Source: Minisyncoccota bacterium
GTDB lineage: Bacteria > Patescibacteriota > Minisyncoccia > 2-02-FULL-40-12 > GWA2-44-9
Direction: 5' to 3'
Assembly (NCBI GenBank): GCA_030583765.1
Contig: CP129474.1
Span: forward strand, 73,709 to 137,708
Length of the DNA stretch: 64,000 nt
In this document: positions 62,859 through 64,000 of the stretch, in pieces
Position numbering within the stretch: position 1 is the stretch's first letter
Layout of the letters: each line of letters opens with the position of its first letter
The notes under the pieces: model-generated
Database searches by the model: none
What the model saw: the letters and a program-made list of their open reading frames with translations, nothing else
What the model was told of the DNA's origin: nothing
Program-made: the position numbers and the translations under genes

Positions 62859-64000
62859 TTAGTCTGCAAGCTGGAGATGACGTGCAAAGAAAGACAGCGT
62901 CAACGCCTGGCTCTCAACAATTTTAATAATAGGTTTCCCCGAACCGTGGCCGGCATCAAGTTCTGTAAATATGAGTACCTGATTATGCTTATTCACCTCT
63001 TGGAGTCTCGCGGCCATCTTGCGGGCGTGGAGTGGATCAACACGCGTATCTTTCTCGCCAGTGGTGAAGAGAAAATGGGGATACTCTACATTCTCACGCA
63101 CGTTGTGATAAGGACTCCATCGCAAGATGTTCCCAAGGTCTTCTTTTATCGCTGGATCACCGTATTCATGCACCCAACGCATAGCAATGCCAAATTGAGG
63201 AAAGCGCACCATATCAGTCAGTGGCACACGCGAGCACACTGCGCTCCAGAGCTCGGGCCGCTGGACGCCCACGGCAGATACGAGGAGGCCACCGTTACTT
63301 CCGCCGAGAATGCCAAGATGTTGCGGATCCGTGTATTTTTGCGCAACAAGATATTCACCGGCTGCGATAAAATCGTCAAAAGAATTCTGTTTTAATTCTT
63401 TGATGCCATCGGTATGCCACGCTTCGCCAAACTCGCCTCCTCCACGGATATTTGCGATAGCAAAAATCCCACCCCTCTGAAACCAAGGAACCCAACTGCG
63501 CAAGAACGAAGGGGCCTGAATTACCGCAAAGCCACCATACCCATAGAGAATTGTTGGGTTGTTAGCGTCCAACTGGATATCCTTCCCGTGCATGATAAAA
63601 ATAGGAATCTTGGTGCCATCCTTGGAGTGATACCATTCCTGTTTTACGATATATTCCGTTGCATCGATTGGGTTGTCTGTCGCGCGGTATTCGGAGTACG
63701 TTCGTGTCTCCGGATCATATCGGTATACAATCTTTGGAAAAAGGAACGATTCCACACCATAGAAGAATTCCTCCTCAAACCTATTGGTAGTAATGCCCGC
63801 CATGGTCGCATGTGCTGGGAGCGGAATTTTCTCTAGCAATTTCCCATCATAGTCAAATATATGGGCCTCAAGACATGCGTTGACGAGATATTCTACGAGA
63901 ATCTTACTCTTTGTAGCGCGGCACGTCGTAAGTACGGACTCCCGCGCAGGTATGAATTCCTGCCACTCATCCAGGGAACGATACATCTCCTCATATGACG
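62859..64000 (-). CDS. Prolyl oligopeptidase (S9 family), C-terminal catalytic domain; the N-terminal part lies beyond the right edge of the window
   Basis: ...ILGGSNGGLLVSAV... is the GxSxGG nucleophile motif. ...TELDAGHGSGKP... is the catalytic His region. Confidence 0.8.
   Translation of the reverse strand, partial: SYEEMYRSLDEWQEFIPARESVLTTCRATKSKILVEYLVNACLEAHIFDYDGKLLEKIPLPAHATMAGITTNRFEEEFFYGVESFLFPKIVYRYDPETRTYSEYRATDNPIDATEYIVKQEWYHSKDGTKIPIFIMHGKDIQLDANNPTILYGYGGFAVIQAPSFLRSWVPWFQRGGIFAIANIRGGGEFGEAWHTDGIKELKQNSFDDFIAAGEYLVAQKYTDPQHLGILGGSNGGLLVSAVGVQRPELWSAVCSRVPLTDMVRFPQFGIAMRWVHEYGDPAIKEDLGNILRWSPYHNVRENVEYPHFLFTTGEKDTRVDPLHARKMAARLQEVNKHNQVLIFTELDAGHGSGKPIIKIVESQALTLSFFARHLQLAD

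Noticed and set aside
1-64000. CRISPR arrays, rRNA genes and insertion-sequence transposases
   Set aside because: No evenly spaced short direct repeats, no rRNA-like conserved blocks, and no transposase- or integrase-like ORFs were seen anywhere in the window.

Overview
This 64 kb window comes from a moderately GC-rich bacterium, judged by eye to be high-50s % GC. Its gene content points to a small-genome, Gram-positive-like or Patescibacteria-like organism: RNase Y, HU, Obg, a shortened AlaRS, an RpoA with no C-terminal domain, and many DsbA-like, C39-like and YibE/F proteins. From the left edge the window holds a partial mreB, then the rpsI-rplM-rplQ-rpoA-rpsD-rpsK-rpsM-rpmJ-infA ribosomal block on the minus strand. 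The 37-aa rpmJ is absent from the ORF track and was found by hand. The block ends abnormally in a 703-aa acidic membrane protein where secY-adk-map would normally sit. Further on are a UvrD-like helicase fused to a Cas4/AddB-type nuclease, dus, alaS, four tRNAs (His, Arg, Pro, Gly), hup, rny, gpmI, mnmA, nadK, dedA, a FecR-domain protein paired with a CHASE2 adenylate cyclase, and a long minus-strand run of envelope and secretion genes. That run includes a tightly overlapping six-gene cassette of two DsbA genes, a SAM methyltransferase, a C39-like peptidase, a YibE/F protein and a transglutaminase-like protein. After it come zupT, obg, a DEAD-box helicase, an ABC-F ATPase, pyrD, dut, a YcaQ-like protein, a YbaB/EbfC-like protein and msrB. 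The right end carries a clearly AT-richer four-gene operon that looks horizontally acquired: a T5orf172/GIY-YIG-like protein, a beta-class DPPY DNA methyltransferase, a MutH/Sau3AI-like endonuclease and a class-1 OLD-family ATPase-Toprim nuclease. It is followed by a membrane trypsin-like protease and a partial prolyl oligopeptidase. Other points of interest are a partial duplication of the tRNA-Gly 3' end next to two perfect palindromes (an integration scar), a near-identical ~90-nt direct repeat flanking a two-gene mini-cassette, and an AT-rich insertion that truncated a BrnT-like toxin gene and carries a lysine-rich micro-ORF. There is also a set of small, unusually GC-rich stand-alone genes with textbook sigma70 promoters and Shine-Dalgarno sequences, and a GC-rich ~110-nt hairpin between rny and gpmI that may be a structured RNA. 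No CRISPR array and no rRNA gene were found.
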